IMG/VR virus record: IMGVR_UViG_3300049491_000841
Span: 1-55,328 of that record
DNA length: 55,328 nucleotides
DNA from: a virus
Lineage: Duplodnaviria; Caudoviricetes
Direction: 5' to 3' (one strand)
Shown in pieces: positions 10,039 to 20,968 of the stretch; position 1 is the first letter of the stretch; every line of letters begins with the position of its first letter. The notes beneath the pieces were generated by a model. The model made no database searches and was not told the DNA's origin. It was given only the letters and a program-made list of their open reading frames with translations. The translations under genes and the position numbers were made by a program.

Positions 10039-10719
10039 ATGGGCGCAATAGGTGTAGGACTTGGTGCATTGATTTTCGGTAAAAAGGGGGCTTTTGGCTC
10101 AGTCCCAGACGTGCCTGGGCTGGATGCGATCAATCCTTCCCAGTTGCAAAAAGACACCGCCGCTGGAAATCAGGGCGTGCTGCCTCAAGCCACGGCATTG
10201 TCTCAGGCTATCAACGCCAACAATGCGACTCAATTTCGTTCATTGCTCAACATGACGGTCCCTGGAGCCTGGGACCAGGCTGTCAAAAATACCAATAGCC
10301 AGCTTAGGGGCGAAGTCTCACAGGACGTGGCTTCACAAGTGGACAATTACACCAATGCGCTGGCCTTGCAGCTTGGCGTCGGCGGAAATTCTCCGTTTAG
10401 AGTCGGACTCACCGGAGGTAAGTTCCTACAAACAAGCCAGCAGATCCAGCAGCAGGGTTTTCAAAATTTTGGCCAGCTCGCTTCCATGACTCCGAAGCAG
10501 TATGACTTCACCAATAGCTTCCTAAATCCCGCCACTCGTTACCAAATGCAAAACCAACAAAACGAGAATCAGTTCGCCAGAGATTTCACCGCCAATCAAC
10601 TTGGTGCTATGGCAAGTCCATTCGCTCGCGCCATGACTCAGGGCTTAATCCAGGACGAAAGTACTATAACCGGATTGGTTGGAACTGCGGCGGGCGCTGC
10701 GGGAGGCGGAGGCTTGTGA
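10039..10719 (+). CDS. Putative DNA ejection / pilot protein
   Basis: Gly/Ala hydrophobic termini and Gln/Asn-rich helical core. Confidence 0.55.
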   Translation: MGAIGVGLGALIFGKKGAFGSVPDVPGLDAINPSQLQKDTAAGNQGVLPQATALSQAINANNATQFRSLLNMTVPGAWDQAVKNTNSQLRGEVSQDVASQVDNYTNALALQLGVGGNSPFRVGLTGGKFLQTSQQIQQQGFQNFGQLASMTPKQYDFTNSFLNPATRYQMQNQQNENQFARDFTANQLGAMASPFARAMTQGLIQDESTITGLVGTAAGAAGGGGL

Positions 10720-10836
10720 CCTGCGCCAATCCGTTATGCAAGAAAGACCTTAAAAATGGAACTGCTGTTTCACTTTTCGGCCTGACGGTATGCCAAACCT
10801 GTTACTACGCTTGGCTTACGATCAATCGCGAGACGC

Positions 10837-11586
10837 ATGATGACAAAGAACCCGCCCATTTACATCCTCTCGACTTGCAGGAAGATTGAATTGTTACGGG
10901 CTGCAACGCTTGTTTTTGATACGTTACGGATTGGATTCCCGGATTCCCAGGTTCACGTTTGGACTAACTCGCCGATGGCTGAAGCCCGCAAGGCTCTGGA
11001 AAAGTGCGCATTGCGCGCCGATTGCGAGATACGTCATATCGACACTATCCATCACAGATGGATTGAGATGTTGGTCGGAGACAATGACGAACCGTTTTGG
11101 ATTTGCGACACGGATGTCATATTTTGGAATCGCTGTGACCTATGGAACATGCAAGGGAAGTGGCTTTCCGGTTGCCTCACGCCGGGCTTCTACGACCGAT
11201 TTACTCGCTGCAAAACCATGCCGCGTCTGCATACCTCTCTGCTCTACATCGACCCGGAAAGGCTGCGTCTGCGGCTGCGGGAATGGCGTCAGGGAATCCA
11301 CTTCACTGAATTCAACCCCGCGGTAAACCTTTACTATCCTTTGACGTTGCCTCCCAATACGTTTTACGACACTTGCTCGCTGCTTTATCAAGCAGTCGGA
11401 GGAAGTGCGTTTAGCCCGGCGCAACTCGCCTGTTACGAGCACCTGCACTGCGCCACTTGGGTTGACCTGATCGAACCGACCTATCCCGGCATGAAATCCC
11501 TTCACGAGTCATTCTTTGAACGCCCCGATCTGGCCCGTGGCCTTCGCGATGTTCAATCTAAATTCTATGCCGCAAACGCAATTTGA
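10837..11586 (+). CDS. Putative glycosyltransferase (GT-A-like)
   Basis: FWICDTDVIFW DxD motif; RLHTSLLYID; C-terminal YEHLHCATW. Confidence 0.55.
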   Translation: MMTKNPPIYILSTCRKIELLRAATLVFDTLRIGFPDSQVHVWTNSPMAEARKALEKCALRADCEIRHIDTIHHRWIEMLVGDNDEPFWICDTDVIFWNRCDLWNMQGKWLSGCLTPGFYDRFTRCKTMPRLHTSLLYIDPERLRLRLREWRQGIHFTEFNPAVNLYYPLTLPPNTFYDTCSLLYQAVGGSAFSPAQLACYEHLHCATWVDLIEPTYPGMKSLHESFFERPDLARGLRDVQSKFYAANAI

Positions 11587-12025
11587 TCCGCAGGTGGTCG
11601 AGCAGCCATCTTTGCACGAGTTCTGCCGTGAAGTCTGCCTTGGCAACTCCGATGCGATGGACTTTTGCAATTCCTGGTTCATTTACTGCCATGCCATTGA
11701 CGATCTGATCGACGATAACGAGCGCCCCAAGCCGGAGCGTCTTCTGGAAGTCTTCATCCAAGCCAACGTTCTGTTCTCCTGCGCTTTCTACGTCGCCTTT
11801 CATGTCTCCCTACAGCCCATTGTTTTGCTCATCACCAATGCCTATGCCGACAGCGTGGCCTGGGAAGCGTCTCCTGAACCTCATCGACGCGCCATCGCTG
11901 ACGTGATACGCTGTTGCGGTAACGATATGTTTTTCGCCGTAGCCATGATTTGCGGAGGTTGGAAGCACGCCCGCTCGCTCAGCCCGCGCATTCGGGAACG
12001 GTCGTGGATTTTGCAACACGAATGA
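11567..12025 (+). CDS. Helical protein with DDxxD motif (isoprenoid-synthase-like)
   Basis: CHAIDDLIDD in an all-alpha sequence; likely start ATG 11567. Confidence 0.5.
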   Translation: MPQTQFDPQVVEQPSLHEFCREVCLGNSDAMDFCNSWFIYCHAIDDLIDDNERPKPERLLEVFIQANVLFSCAFYVAFHVSLQPIVLLITNAYADSVAWEASPEPHRRAIADVIRCCGNDMFFAVAMICGGWKHARSLSPRIRERSWILQHE

Positions 12026-12026
12026 T

Positions 12027-13397
12027 ATGGCACTGAATACGCAACTGATCGCCCCGATTGGAAAGGACTTTGAGTTCCCGCAAGGACAGGACAGCCTAGG
12101 CGCGTTCTTTGGTGGCGTCACCAGCGGTTACGCATCGGCACAAGCAGGTAACGAACGCCGCGCCACCGAGAAACAAATCAAGAGCGATTACACCTCAATG
12201 TTCGGGAAAGGCCCATCCCGCGACGAACTCAACGAGCAGCTCAAGTCACGAGGCATCCAGCCAGGAAATTATCTGACCGACTTCGCTCGCGGTTATCAGG
12301 GTATCCCGGCTTCACGGAAGGCTCTTGGCGATCCAATGTTCGGCCTGAATGCCGAGCATCAATCCTTGGAGAACCAGCAGCTTCAGCAAACCAACACCCT
12401 GCGCGACCAGCTCTCCAAAAACGCTGGCGACATCGTTCATCAGTTCGGAAATCTCAGCGACACTGAGTCCAGGCTAAAGTTCCTCCAAGACCATGCTGGA
12501 ATCAGCCTCACTCCTGAAGGACAACACCTGTTTAGCACCCTTACCAATATCACAGCAGGTCTGGGCAAGGTCGAAGCTGCCACTGCGCTTGGCCAGGCCA
12601 AAATTAGAGACGCCAAACATGCCGCTGACTTGATGGAATACGGTTTTCGACTTGATCAACCGGATACACGCCCGACTGCGGAGAAAAACTTTCAACTGAA
12701 CAAGGTGATTCTACCATTGGCGGATAAAATGGGAGTTCTTCCGAATGACATTCCGAGTGATTGGTTCGACGCCAGCGGCATTGCTGACTTGAGCAAGGTG
12801 ATGACTGGACTAGCCACGATGCCGAAACAAAATTTCAGTCCCGTAGATTTTACAAATATAAAACCCACGCCAATGTTGGATGACAAAGGCGATGTCATCG
12901 CTTTTGGGCTTCCAAACGGCAGAGGAGGAATTCATTACGTCACGCCGGGGCAGGGTGGCCAGGTGACGTTCGGAGTCGCACCCAACGGTCAGCGCTATGT
13001 CACGACCGGGAAAGGAATCCACCTTCTGCACGACATTGAGCATGAGGCGAAAGTTAAAGTCGCCGTGACTGGATTGAACGATGTGAATCAGCGGATTCGA
13101 GATCTCGAATCCAGTACTCGGTTGAAGCCCGAAGAACGCACCAAACGTTTGGACCCGTTGCTGAAGCAAAAATCCATTTTGGAGAGTACTCTGAAGGCTG
13201 CATTGCCGTCATCCGATCCCAGCCCAGCCATCACTCCAAGCACTGAAGTAAGTCCTGCCTTTGAAGTTCCTGTTGCTGCACCGGGAGAACCTATTTTCAA
13301 AACTCGTGACGCGGTAAAAGGGGCTTTCAACGCTGGCAAACTTTCCAAGGAAGAAGCCATCACGATTCTCAACGAACAATTCGGACTTCCAAAATGA
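12027..13397 (+). CDS. Putative internal virion / ejection protein
   Basis: Helical 456-aa protein between the pilot gene and the largest late gene. Confidence 0.5.
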   Translation: MALNTQLIAPIGKDFEFPQGQDSLGAFFGGVTSGYASAQAGNERRATEKQIKSDYTSMFGKGPSRDELNEQLKSRGIQPGNYLTDFARGYQGIPASRKALGDPMFGLNAEHQSLENQQLQQTNTLRDQLSKNAGDIVHQFGNLSDTESRLKFLQDHAGISLTPEGQHLFSTLTNITAGLGKVEAATALGQAKIRDAKHAADLMEYGFRLDQPDTRPTAEKNFQLNKVILPLADKMGVLPNDIPSDWFDASGIADLSKVMTGLATMPKQNFSPVDFTNIKPTPMLDDKGDVIAFGLPNGRGGIHYVTPGQGGQVTFGVAPNGQRYVTTGKGIHLLHDIEHEAKVKVAVTGLNDVNQRIRDLESSTRLKPEERTKRLDPLLKQKSILESTLKAALPSSDPSPAITPSTEVSPAFEVPVAAPGEPIFKTRDAVKGAFNAGKLSKEEAITILNEQFGLPK

Positions 13398-13400
13398 TCC

Positions 13401-16400
13401 GTGGCAACCGCCGAAGAGTTTTTAACCGGGAAATCGGCCACTGCCGAAGAGTTTCTTTCCGCTAAAGAACCAAGCGCGGCAGAATTTTTAGATTCCTCTC
13501 CGAATCCGGCCACAGAACAGCGCAGAGGATTTCTTTCCAGGGTGTGGTACGGGATCACTCATCCCGGAGAGATTCAATCGTCAGAGATTCCATTCACACA
13601 ACGCGAGGCGACGGCCGGTACTGCTCCTTTGCTGGGGGAGGCACCTCCAGAAATGATTCCGAGAATTGGCGAAAAAGGAACGTTCACTCGCGGCATATCT
13701 GATGTTGTTTCAGGGTTGGTTGAAGGAGTAGTTACGCCTGAAGGCCAGTTACTTGTTGGTGCCGCAACGGTACCTCCGCTCATGCCGATTGTTAGAGCGG
13801 CCACGGCTGCGATTGGCGTCAAATCCACAATGGAAGGATTCAAAGAAGGTGCCCAAGCTTTCCAGACAGGAGACAGAGAACAGGCAGGAAGGGCCGTAGG
13901 AAACCTAATCGCTGGCGGCGCTATGGTGCGAGGTTCTGTAGCTGGTATTTCAAGAACGCAAACGCCGTTGACCGAAGTTGCTGCTCGAACATCGGAGAAG
14001 GCCGCCTCTGAGGCAGTCAAAGAACCCGCTCCGAAAGCTACTGAAGAGCCGTCAGCAGGCGCACCTCAGGCGATGCGCGCCGAAACTCCAGGGCCAATCG
14101 AAGATCGCCTTGGTATCACTCCAGTTCCAGTCAATGTCATCGTCAATCACTTGCAGGGTTTGCCGTCTGTGATCGAAGGCAAGCTGCGTCAGGCCAGCGG
14201 CGAGACGATGCCAAAGACGACGATGGCCAATCGCGAGGCCGGTGAAGCTGGCGCTCGTTACGGTTCATCTCAGATTTATGGCCCATACGCAGCCAAGGCG
14301 CTGAGTAACGAAGTGCTTCCGATGGATTCGGCTATTGATCCCGTTCAGTTCGGAGCCGCTTTGACCGAACAGAACTTGAGGGGTCGTCGCGTGGCATTTC
14401 AACGCCAATCCAATGCCGAGCGTGCAGCCGGAAACATCAAAGAATCCGATCGTTTGCAAGATATGGCAAATAACGTCACGACAATGGTCGGCCAGAAAGG
14501 AGTATTCAAAGATGAGGCTGCACTTCGAGCATTCACGAATCATCCAGAAGTTCAGGCAGCAGTTGATAACCTTGCCCGGCTCTACGAGCAACGCATCGAC
14601 CCGCTGGCAGAACAGGCGGGACTTGATCCGACGCAGAAGCCAGAAGTTGGCGATTTGTTTCCGAATCAGAAAGGGTTCATCAACCTCTTTGTGCCGCAGG
14701 AAGGCGGAGTCCCATCGACAAGAACCGTCTCTGGCGTGAATCCGATTGCAACGATGAAGCGCGGCACGAAGTTTCAGCGTCAACGCACAGGAGCCAGCGA
14801 TAAATATGGGGTCAATTTCCATGACATGGTTTCCAACGCTTACAGCGGATTCTTGGAAGTGGCGCGAAAGAACGAATTCGATAAATCTCTGGTCGATTCT
14901 GGTCTTGCCGTTATTCAAGACGAACGGCCAGGACCGGATTTCACTTTCTTTCCTTACGAGCGACGGACTGTTATCGGGCTAGAGGATGGAAATCTCGCGT
15001 TCCGCAACAATATCAAAAAGAACATCTGGGTACGAAATGACATCTCCCAGGAATATTCCACGGTTTCAAATCTTTACCGTAATCCATTCAAGGAAGTATC
15101 GGCTACCCACGCAGGATCAATCCTGACGCGCTTTCAGATGCTTGGCATACTCGACGCCGCCTATCACACGCGGGCGCTCCTGAAAGGCATTGGAGAAGTT
15201 CCCATGACCGGAACGATCTCTGATCCAGTAATGAGCACGTTCTTTAGAAGCGATTTGATTCCGAAAGCGAAACGACTCATAGAAGCTGCGTTCCTTGAAC
15301 CTGCCGAACGGCAGGAAAGATTAGCTTCATTGGCTGACATCGGAGCACTGTCAGCGCATCAGCCGTATTCTTGGACGGCTCCGATCAAATCTGCTGTCCG
15401 TTTCACGGAGGAAAATGTGCGGTTAGCCTTGGACAAGATATTTACCGATCTATCTTATGATGGAAGGTTCCCAGATACCGAGACAGCCCGACGCGAATTT
15501 GTAAATCGAGGATTGCAATACAACATGCGGTTTCAAGGGCCTTTCGTCCGGGCATTGAGGCAATCCACCTTTGGTCCGTTTGTCACTGCTGGACGTGCGG
15601 GGCTTGCGCGTGGATTGCGAAGATACGTTTTGATGGACTGGGCGTCTCCAACTGACACACCATCGCGGGTCTGGGTTGCAGCTAACGTTCTTTCGAAGGC
15701 TGCCGGCACAACGCTCTTGGTCGGCTTGCTGAACCATCTCCGCACTGGTGATTTCGGAGGCAGAGAAGGCACGCCATTGGGAAATGTCGATACCGGTTTG
15801 GATGACGAAGACGGAAATCCTCTGTCAGTTCCAGTTGCCGATATGGTTGGGAACGAGATTCGCGGCGGAAAGGCAGTTGGTTTGCGCGCGGGCGTGACGG
15901 CTTACAGGCAGGGATTGGATTGGGACCAGATTTCAGAGGCGATGGTTCGAGAATCTGTGAACACAATCTTGCATCCTGGTCTTGGGCCATGGCCACAAGC
16001 AGGAGCAACCGCATTATTTGGACAGCAAATTGGACGCGGATTGCCAGAAACTCCGAAAGTTCCTCCTGGCGAAAATCAGTTGGCGTCAGATTTGAAAACG
16101 GCTGGGGAACACTTGAATCCGATTGTCGCAGGCGCCGTCGAAAAAGCGCTCGGAGTAGAATCGACCTTGAAACCGTTGGAAAGCAGCCGTGCCGCGCTGG
16201 GAGTGGTCAAGGGAATTAAATCCGAACGGTTCGAGGCTATGGACAGAATCGTCAATGGATCGCAGCTAAAAGACTTTGCCGATCAAGTTGCCAAAGATGC
16301 TCGAAAGTTGCCTATTGAAGAACGGAGAGATTTCTTACGAGATCAAAAAGACCGCGTCGACGCCTCTTTGCAACGGCAGTACCAGAACCTCATGCAACGC

Positions 16401-16430
16401 CTGCATCCATCACTTCTCAAACACGAATGA
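13401..16430 (+). CDS. Large internal virion / ejection protein
   Basis: 1009 aa, last gene of the late block; N-terminal (T/S)A(E/A)EFL repeated three times, a pattern seen in podoviral ejection proteins. Confidence 0.55.
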   Translation: MATAEEFLTGKSATAEEFLSAKEPSAAEFLDSSPNPATEQRRGFLSRVWYGITHPGEIQSSEIPFTQREATAGTAPLLGEAPPEMIPRIGEKGTFTRGISDVVSGLVEGVVTPEGQLLVGAATVPPLMPIVRAATAAIGVKSTMEGFKEGAQAFQTGDREQAGRAVGNLIAGGAMVRGSVAGISRTQTPLTEVAARTSEKAASEAVKEPAPKATEEPSAGAPQAMRAETPGPIEDRLGITPVPVNVIVNHLQGLPSVIEGKLRQASGETMPKTTMANREAGEAGARYGSSQIYGPYAAKALSNEVLPMDSAIDPVQFGAALTEQNLRGRRVAFQRQSNAERAAGNIKESDRLQDMANNVTTMVGQKGVFKDEAALRAFTNHPEVQAAVDNLARLYEQRIDPLAEQAGLDPTQKPEVGDLFPNQKGFINLFVPQEGGVPSTRTVSGVNPIATMKRGTKFQRQRTGASDKYGVNFHDMVSNAYSGFLEVARKNEFDKSLVDSGLAVIQDERPGPDFTFFPYERRTVIGLEDGNLAFRNNIKKNIWVRNDISQEYSTVSNLYRNPFKEVSATHAGSILTRFQMLGILDAAYHTRALLKGIGEVPMTGTISDPVMSTFFRSDLIPKAKRLIEAAFLEPAERQERLASLADIGALSAHQPYSWTAPIKSAVRFTEENVRLALDKIFTDLSYDGRFPDTETARREFVNRGLQYNMRFQGPFVRALRQSTFGPFVTAGRAGLARGLRRYVLMDWASPTDTPSRVWVAANVLSKAAGTTLLVGLLNHLRTGDFGGREGTPLGNVDTGLDDEDGNPLSVPVADMVGNEIRGGKAVGLRAGVTAYRQGLDWDQISEAMVRESVNTILHPGLGPWPQAGATALFGQQIGRGLPETPKVPPGENQLASDLKTAGEHLNPIVAGAVEKALGVESTLKPLESSRAALGVVKGIKSERFEAMDRIVNGSQLKDFADQVAKDARKLPIEERRDFLRDQKDRVDASLQRQYQNLMQRLHPSLLKHE

Positions 16431-16609
16431 TGGGAGTGCTTGCTAAAGAAGATATTTCCTAATCAGTAGAACCGCAACGATTTTCACCGTTTGCGCGAAT
16501 GTGACAATCATGGAAACCGGGTCCTGCCAAAGACCATGCTTTATAGCGAACCACCAAAGTTTGAACCAACAAGTCATAACTTCTCGCTGCGTTGTCCTCG
16601 TGTCATTAG

Positions 16610-16834
16610 TCAGATTCTTCTTGAGTATTTTTGCTTCACTTGTTGAAGTGCGATCCACTGTTCATCTCCGACGATTGGCTTTTGAGACTGCATCTTTACT
16701 TCACGTCGCATTGATTGAATCGCGAGTCGAATAATTTTTGCCCGGGCTGCATGGTATTTGAACTGTCGCTCAAGTTCTTCAATGTCTCGCTGAACATCAG
16801 AGAACGTTTTAGAGATCCACTTTTCAGCATTCAC
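16610..16834 (-). CDS. Hypothetical coiled-coil protein
   Basis: Tightly packed in the leftward operon. Confidence 0.5.
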   Translation of the reverse strand: MNAEKWISKTFSDVQRDIEELERQFKYHAARAKIIRLAIQSMRREVKMQSQKPIVGDEQWIALQQVKQKYSRRI

Positions 16835-17270
16835 ATGACAAATCGCTCATTGAAAATACGATTCCGCGACAGAACAATTCCGAGTCTTCGATCACGTCGA
16901 AGACAGCATGTGGAATATCAGTCTTGAATGACCACGAATAGGTTTCATCATCGCACCAGAGAGCTTGGATTTTCGACAGCTTTCCTTTCTTGCGCGAAAA
17001 ATAAGCTTCAAGCTCGTCATCATCAATTTGGTCCCGTTTAAGAACACCCTCCTTGTCAATCAAAAGTTCCGTTCCTTCGTAGACTCCCGTTGGACGTAAA
17101 ACTAAACCACCGACTTTATCGAAGATAGCTCCTCGTAATTCAACCAGATCGTCGGAGGAACCGAAGACCACGACAAGCCCGGCCTTACTTGCATTTTCAG
17201 CTTCCGAATCAGAAATCTCTTCTCCAATCTGGCGACCGTTAAGTTGTCGGGCGAGTTGTTCTTTAGTCAT
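16824..17270 (-). CDS. Conserved phage hypothetical protein
   Basis: GLVVVFGSSDDLVELRGAI and TDIPHAVFDVIED...CRGIVF pattern recognised from many phages; start at ATG 17270. Confidence 0.7.
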   Translation of the reverse strand: MTKEQLARQLNGRQIGEEISDSEAENASKAGLVVVFGSSDDLVELRGAIFDKVGGLVLRPTGVYEGTELLIDKEGVLKRDQIDDDELEAYFSRKKGKLSKIQALWCDDETYSWSFKTDIPHAVFDVIEDSELFCRGIVFSMSDLSCEC

Positions 17271-17812
17271 TTCAAAATCTCCTGTTGTTTCCATGCGCCT
17301 TCCTCTTTCCACACAAGCACGAACTTGATCCAGGGATATTCCTTAGCTGCGAATAGAAGGCTCTTTCGAGCGTCGTCACGCATAAAGCCCTTGCATTCAT
17401 AGGCGGTAATCTCGAAAGCATCACTGAATGTCATATCCCACTGCGGGGCGGTCTTTACTACAATCCAATCAGGCCGATAGCGGACCCCATTGCACAGAGA
17501 AAGCGTGATAGATTCTTCGTACACTGATTCCGACTTCGAACGTGACAAAGACTTCAAATACAATCCCCAATCTCGGTGCAGCTTTGTTGCGACCTTGTGA
17601 GACTGCTTAATTCTCGATTGCTTTGATTCCGCCATGGTTCCTATCGTTCGTTCAGTACTCGTAAGGTTCTTTGGCTTTGACCAAGTTCCGTCTGAGTTCT
17701 GGACGTATCCGTCATGGTAACTATTTCGGAAGGCTGGTTCATTCATTCTGGTTTTGTATTCATCGCAATCCTTTTGCAAAATTGGAAGGGCGTGATGGAT
17801 TCGAACCATCAT
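17267..17812 (-). CDS. PD-(D/E)xK nuclease (possible resolvase, DUF1064-like)
   Basis: YRPDW...YECKGF motif; true start may be downstream. Confidence 0.65.
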   Translation of the reverse strand: MMVRIHHALPILQKDCDEYKTRMNEPAFRNSYHDGYVQNSDGTWSKPKNLTSTERTIGTMAESKQSRIKQSHKVATKLHRDWGLYLKSLSRSKSESVYEESITLSLCNGVRYRPDWIVVKTAPQWDMTFSDAFEITAYECKGFMRDDARKSLLFAAKEYPWIKFVLVWKEEGAWKQQEILK

Positions 17813-18057
17813 CTAACAGATCACGTTTGCTTTGCCGATTAAGCTAACGCCCTTTTGGTTCATTCATCGCGTCCGCAGCTAAATATTTTTTGGTTCCGTG
17901 CTCGTCCACACCACGGGCAAAACTTGAATGGTACGCCTTTGTATGGCCTGCCATGCAAACGTTCTATTATGCACATGGTTACGATTAGTTTTTCGTTTCG
18001 CGTCCATTCAGCACAGCAATCCGGTTCAGAAGGTAAAAGCTCTTGTTCGTTGTTCAT

Positions 18058-18735
18058 TTAGCTTGGCATCTCGGAAACGAAGTCCTGCTTACAGAACGGT
18101 ATGGGTTTGTTTCGCTTGGGAGGTCCGCCATTGAGTTCCTCAAGGTGTTTCATCTCGAAATCGAAGGCCATTGAGAACTCGGAAATGGCCTGCCTGATGG
18201 CAGATTGGATCTCGTGGTCACGCTGGACTTCGATCACGAGAGCCGGAAAGTGACGACGATAGCTAACGAATTTCCACGTAGAAGCGCCGGTCACGAACAT
18301 GGAACCGTGTACTTGAGCGGCATATTCCTTTGGAAGAGCGCCTTTCACTAAATATCCAACGTGTGTGTGCGGCGCGGGACACTTGATCTCGACTCCTACG
18401 TCACCGATCATACCGTCCGGTGAACACCCGCACTTTCCATCATCAGTCGTGATGAACCCGACGCGCTGAATTGATACGCCGTACTCGAGTTCATACCAAG
18501 GCTTGGCCTCGTCCTCAAGAATACTTCCCATTTCAGTGTCGAACGAGTTCACGCCAAGCATAGGAGCGCCCATCCAAGCCTCGGCCAGCTTTTTGTAGAG
18601 GTAAGTTTTGGGCATCTCTCCTTTTCTGATCTCGAACTGAGGCGTCACGAGGTTGTCGAACTCACTCGCGGTCGGAATGCCGCATCGGCGCATTCCCCAT
18701 TCCAGACTGCCTTGGGTTTCAGGATGAACAATCAT
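18058..18735 (-). CDS. YqaJ / lambda-exonuclease family recombination nuclease
   Basis: QGSLEW...R.GIPTASEF, GCSPDG, EIKCP, YAAQVHGSM motifs. Confidence 0.9.
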   Translation of the reverse strand: MIVHPETQGSLEWGMRRCGIPTASEFDNLVTPQFEIRKGEMPKTYLYKKLAEAWMGAPMLGVNSFDTEMGSILEDEAKPWYELEYGVSIQRVGFITTDDGKCGCSPDGMIGDVGVEIKCPAPHTHVGYLVKGALPKEYAAQVHGSMFVTGASTWKFVSYRRHFPALVIEVQRDHEIQSAIRQAISEFSMAFDFEMKHLEELNGGPPKRNKPIPFCKQDFVSEMPS

Positions 18736-19862
18736 AAAAGTGAATCCTTGTGGAGACCTGCTTGGATCTCAATTCGTTGCAGGAAGTTTTCGAGCAACAT
18801 TGGAATGTCGATGTCGATAGACTTCAGGTGTGGAATCGGAACGTCTCGAAGAGACTTCAAATAAGCCTCTACCTTGGACTTGTCCGGGGCTTTAGCCGCC
18901 TCTCGGCGTGCTAGTTCAACGCGCTGTTTTTCTTCTGCTTCAGCCTTGGCCTTGGCCTCCAGTTCGGCGCGTGCCTTTGCAGCCTCTGCTTCAACACGCC
19001 TACGCTCCTTCTGCTCGGCTTCGAGTTTCTTCCTAGATTCCTCGGCTGCGCGATCTGCTTCGGCCTTGGCCTTGCGGCGCTCTTCAGCACGCTCAGCTTC
19101 AATGCGATCACGCTCGATCTTGGCCAGTCGTTCTGATTCGGACTTTTCTGCCGCTACCTTTTTCCGTTCCTCTTCTCGTTCTTTTTCGATCCTACGGCGT
19201 TCGAGTTCCTGTTGCTTTCTAAGTTCCTCTTCGCGCCGGACGTTCTCTTCGTGCTGAGCCTTAAGGCGTTTCAACTCCTCCGCCACACGCGCGCGCTCCA
19301 GTCGGTCGGCCTCTTCCTTGGCTTTCTTTTCCTCTTCAGCCTTTGTCGCGGCGTCGATCTTCGCCTGCCGAAGAATCTTCGAATCCTCGATCAACTTTAC
19401 GAATTGAATCTCTGTCAAATCGGATAGGTCACCTATAATCGGGTTCTCGTTGACTTCGCGCAATGAGGTCTCGCGGGAGACTTTCAGTTCTGCCTTCACC
19501 TTGGCTGCGTGACGTTCGGCAAACTGCTCAGATTCCAGCAGCCTTGATTCAAGGTCTTCGATCTTCTCTCGGATGATTCTGGCAGTTGCGTCGATCTTGC
19601 CGGTGCGAGCCTTCAGGTGCTCAACAAGACCCTTGCGAGTCTTGTCCATGTTCACGCGGGCGTCTTTGAGTTCAAGTCTTGCCAGCCTCGCCTGGGCCAT
19701 CTCCGTTTTTTGCGAGATGTCCGTGACTTTCAATGAGTCAACTTTGGATTCCCATTTTTGAAGCGTGGTTTGAAACGGTGCGAAGATGACTTCGAGCGGT
19801 TTAGCTGTGTCGAGTTTGTCCACGTCCACCGGCGCTGCCGTGAGTTCAAGTGTTTCGGTCAT
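18732..19862 (-). CDS. Long coiled-coil protein of the recombination module (DUF1351-like)
   Basis: Glu/Lys/Arg/Ala-rich helix between SSAP and exonuclease. Confidence 0.6.
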   Translation of the reverse strand: MTETLELTAAPVDVDKLDTAKPLEVIFAPFQTTLQKWESKVDSLKVTDISQKTEMAQARLARLELKDARVNMDKTRKGLVEHLKARTGKIDATARIIREKIEDLESRLLESEQFAERHAAKVKAELKVSRETSLREVNENPIIGDLSDLTEIQFVKLIEDSKILRQAKIDAATKAEEEKKAKEEADRLERARVAEELKRLKAQHEENVRREEELRKQQELERRRIEKEREEERKKVAAEKSESERLAKIERDRIEAERAEERRKAKAEADRAAEESRKKLEAEQKERRRVEAEAAKARAELEAKAKAEAEEKQRVELARREAAKAPDKSKVEAYLKSLRDVPIPHLKSIDIDIPMLLENFLQRIEIQAGLHKDSLL

Positions 19863-20587
19863 CGTCCTCTCTCTTTCTTTGATAGTTGGTCATCCAGAAT
19901 CGAGTATTTCACCGCAGGGATTTCCGCGAACGTTTTGGCTCCCGCAAACTTAAGGAAAGCCTCTTTGTTGCTGTTGGTCTCGGCCACGCGCCTTTCGAGT
20001 TCGAACGCCTGATCCTTTGTGATTGGTCCGCCTTCAAGCTTGGCGTCGTTGTCCAGATGTGAAATTACGATGTTCAAAGCCTCGGTGAGCGCAAACCTCT
20101 TCGCGTATGTGGCCGCCGATCCGTCTGCTTGACTCTCAGTGCTGCCGGGCGGGCCGGCCCCGATCCTGACGGCGAAATCATTGCTGCGCTTGTGTCCTCC
20201 GACGTGCTGAAGCGTGCAGGTTGATATGATTCTACCCTCATTGAACCGACTGGAGAAGCAGACTGTGAATCCGTGCTTCTGAAGCATGGGTCCTACCTGC
20301 TCCATGATGTCCTCGAATGGCGCGAACTTGTAACGCACTGTTCCGTCACGATTCGGGACCGGTTTGGTTGCCTGCACGTTGGGCGTTTCGGCCTGAAGCC
20401 GCACGAACGCCGCGGCGAACTGCTGCTCTGCCTGGATAGCCATCATTTTTAATTGCATGTCCAGAAGCTTGTCGAGCTTGTTCACGTCAACGGACGCATC
20501 ACTGGCGACCTTCATAATCGCGGCCATGATGTTGGATGCTTGCGGCTCGGCTATCGTAAGTTCCTGCTTAACTAGGTCCGTTGTCAT
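19859..20587 (-). CDS. ERF-family single-strand annealing protein
   Basis: YKFAPFEDI, HVGGH and QADGSAATYAKRFAL ERF signature. Confidence 0.85.
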   Translation of the reverse strand: MTTDLVKQELTIAEPQASNIMAAIMKVASDASVDVNKLDKLLDMQLKMMAIQAEQQFAAAFVRLQAETPNVQATKPVPNRDGTVRYKFAPFEDIMEQVGPMLQKHGFTVCFSSRFNEGRIISTCTLQHVGGHKRSNDFAVRIGAGPPGSTESQADGSAATYAKRFALTEALNIVISHLDNDAKLEGGPITKDQAFELERRVAETNSNKEAFLKFAGAKTFAEIPAVKYSILDDQLSKKERGR

Positions 20588-20829
20588 TATTTTACGCCTT
20601 CTTTATTCAGAAGTTCTATGGCCTGTAAACATGCTGCTCCGACATCTGTCTCCGTGCAGCAGAAATCCTCCCCGCTGATGCGCACTCGGATAGCGATAGA
20701 TCCATCTTGGGTTTGATGATCAATTTGCATGATCCATAGCGGCCCAGTGAATCCGGTTTTGGATCTAATTAGATGAAATGCTTCGTTGGTTGTCATTTTT
20801 TTATTTGAATGGAAAAGGAAGCAACTCAA
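20587..20829 (-). CDS. Hypothetical protein
   Basis: Coupled to the ERF start; true start probably internal (MTTNEA). Confidence 0.45.
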   Translation of the reverse strand: MSCFLFHSNKKMTTNEAFHLIRSKTGFTGPLWIMQIDHQTQDGSIAIRVRISGEDFCCTETDVGAACLQAIELLNKEGVK

Positions 20830-20968
20830 GCCTCGTTACCGCTTTAAGATTCGCTTCAAGTTTTACGACTCTAACAGCTAATGACACGATACACGCCCCC
20901 AATATGGAAATGCTCAAAAAGACAAACCATTTCTGCTTATTAGTCATCATTCCCAGTTCATCTCCTTC

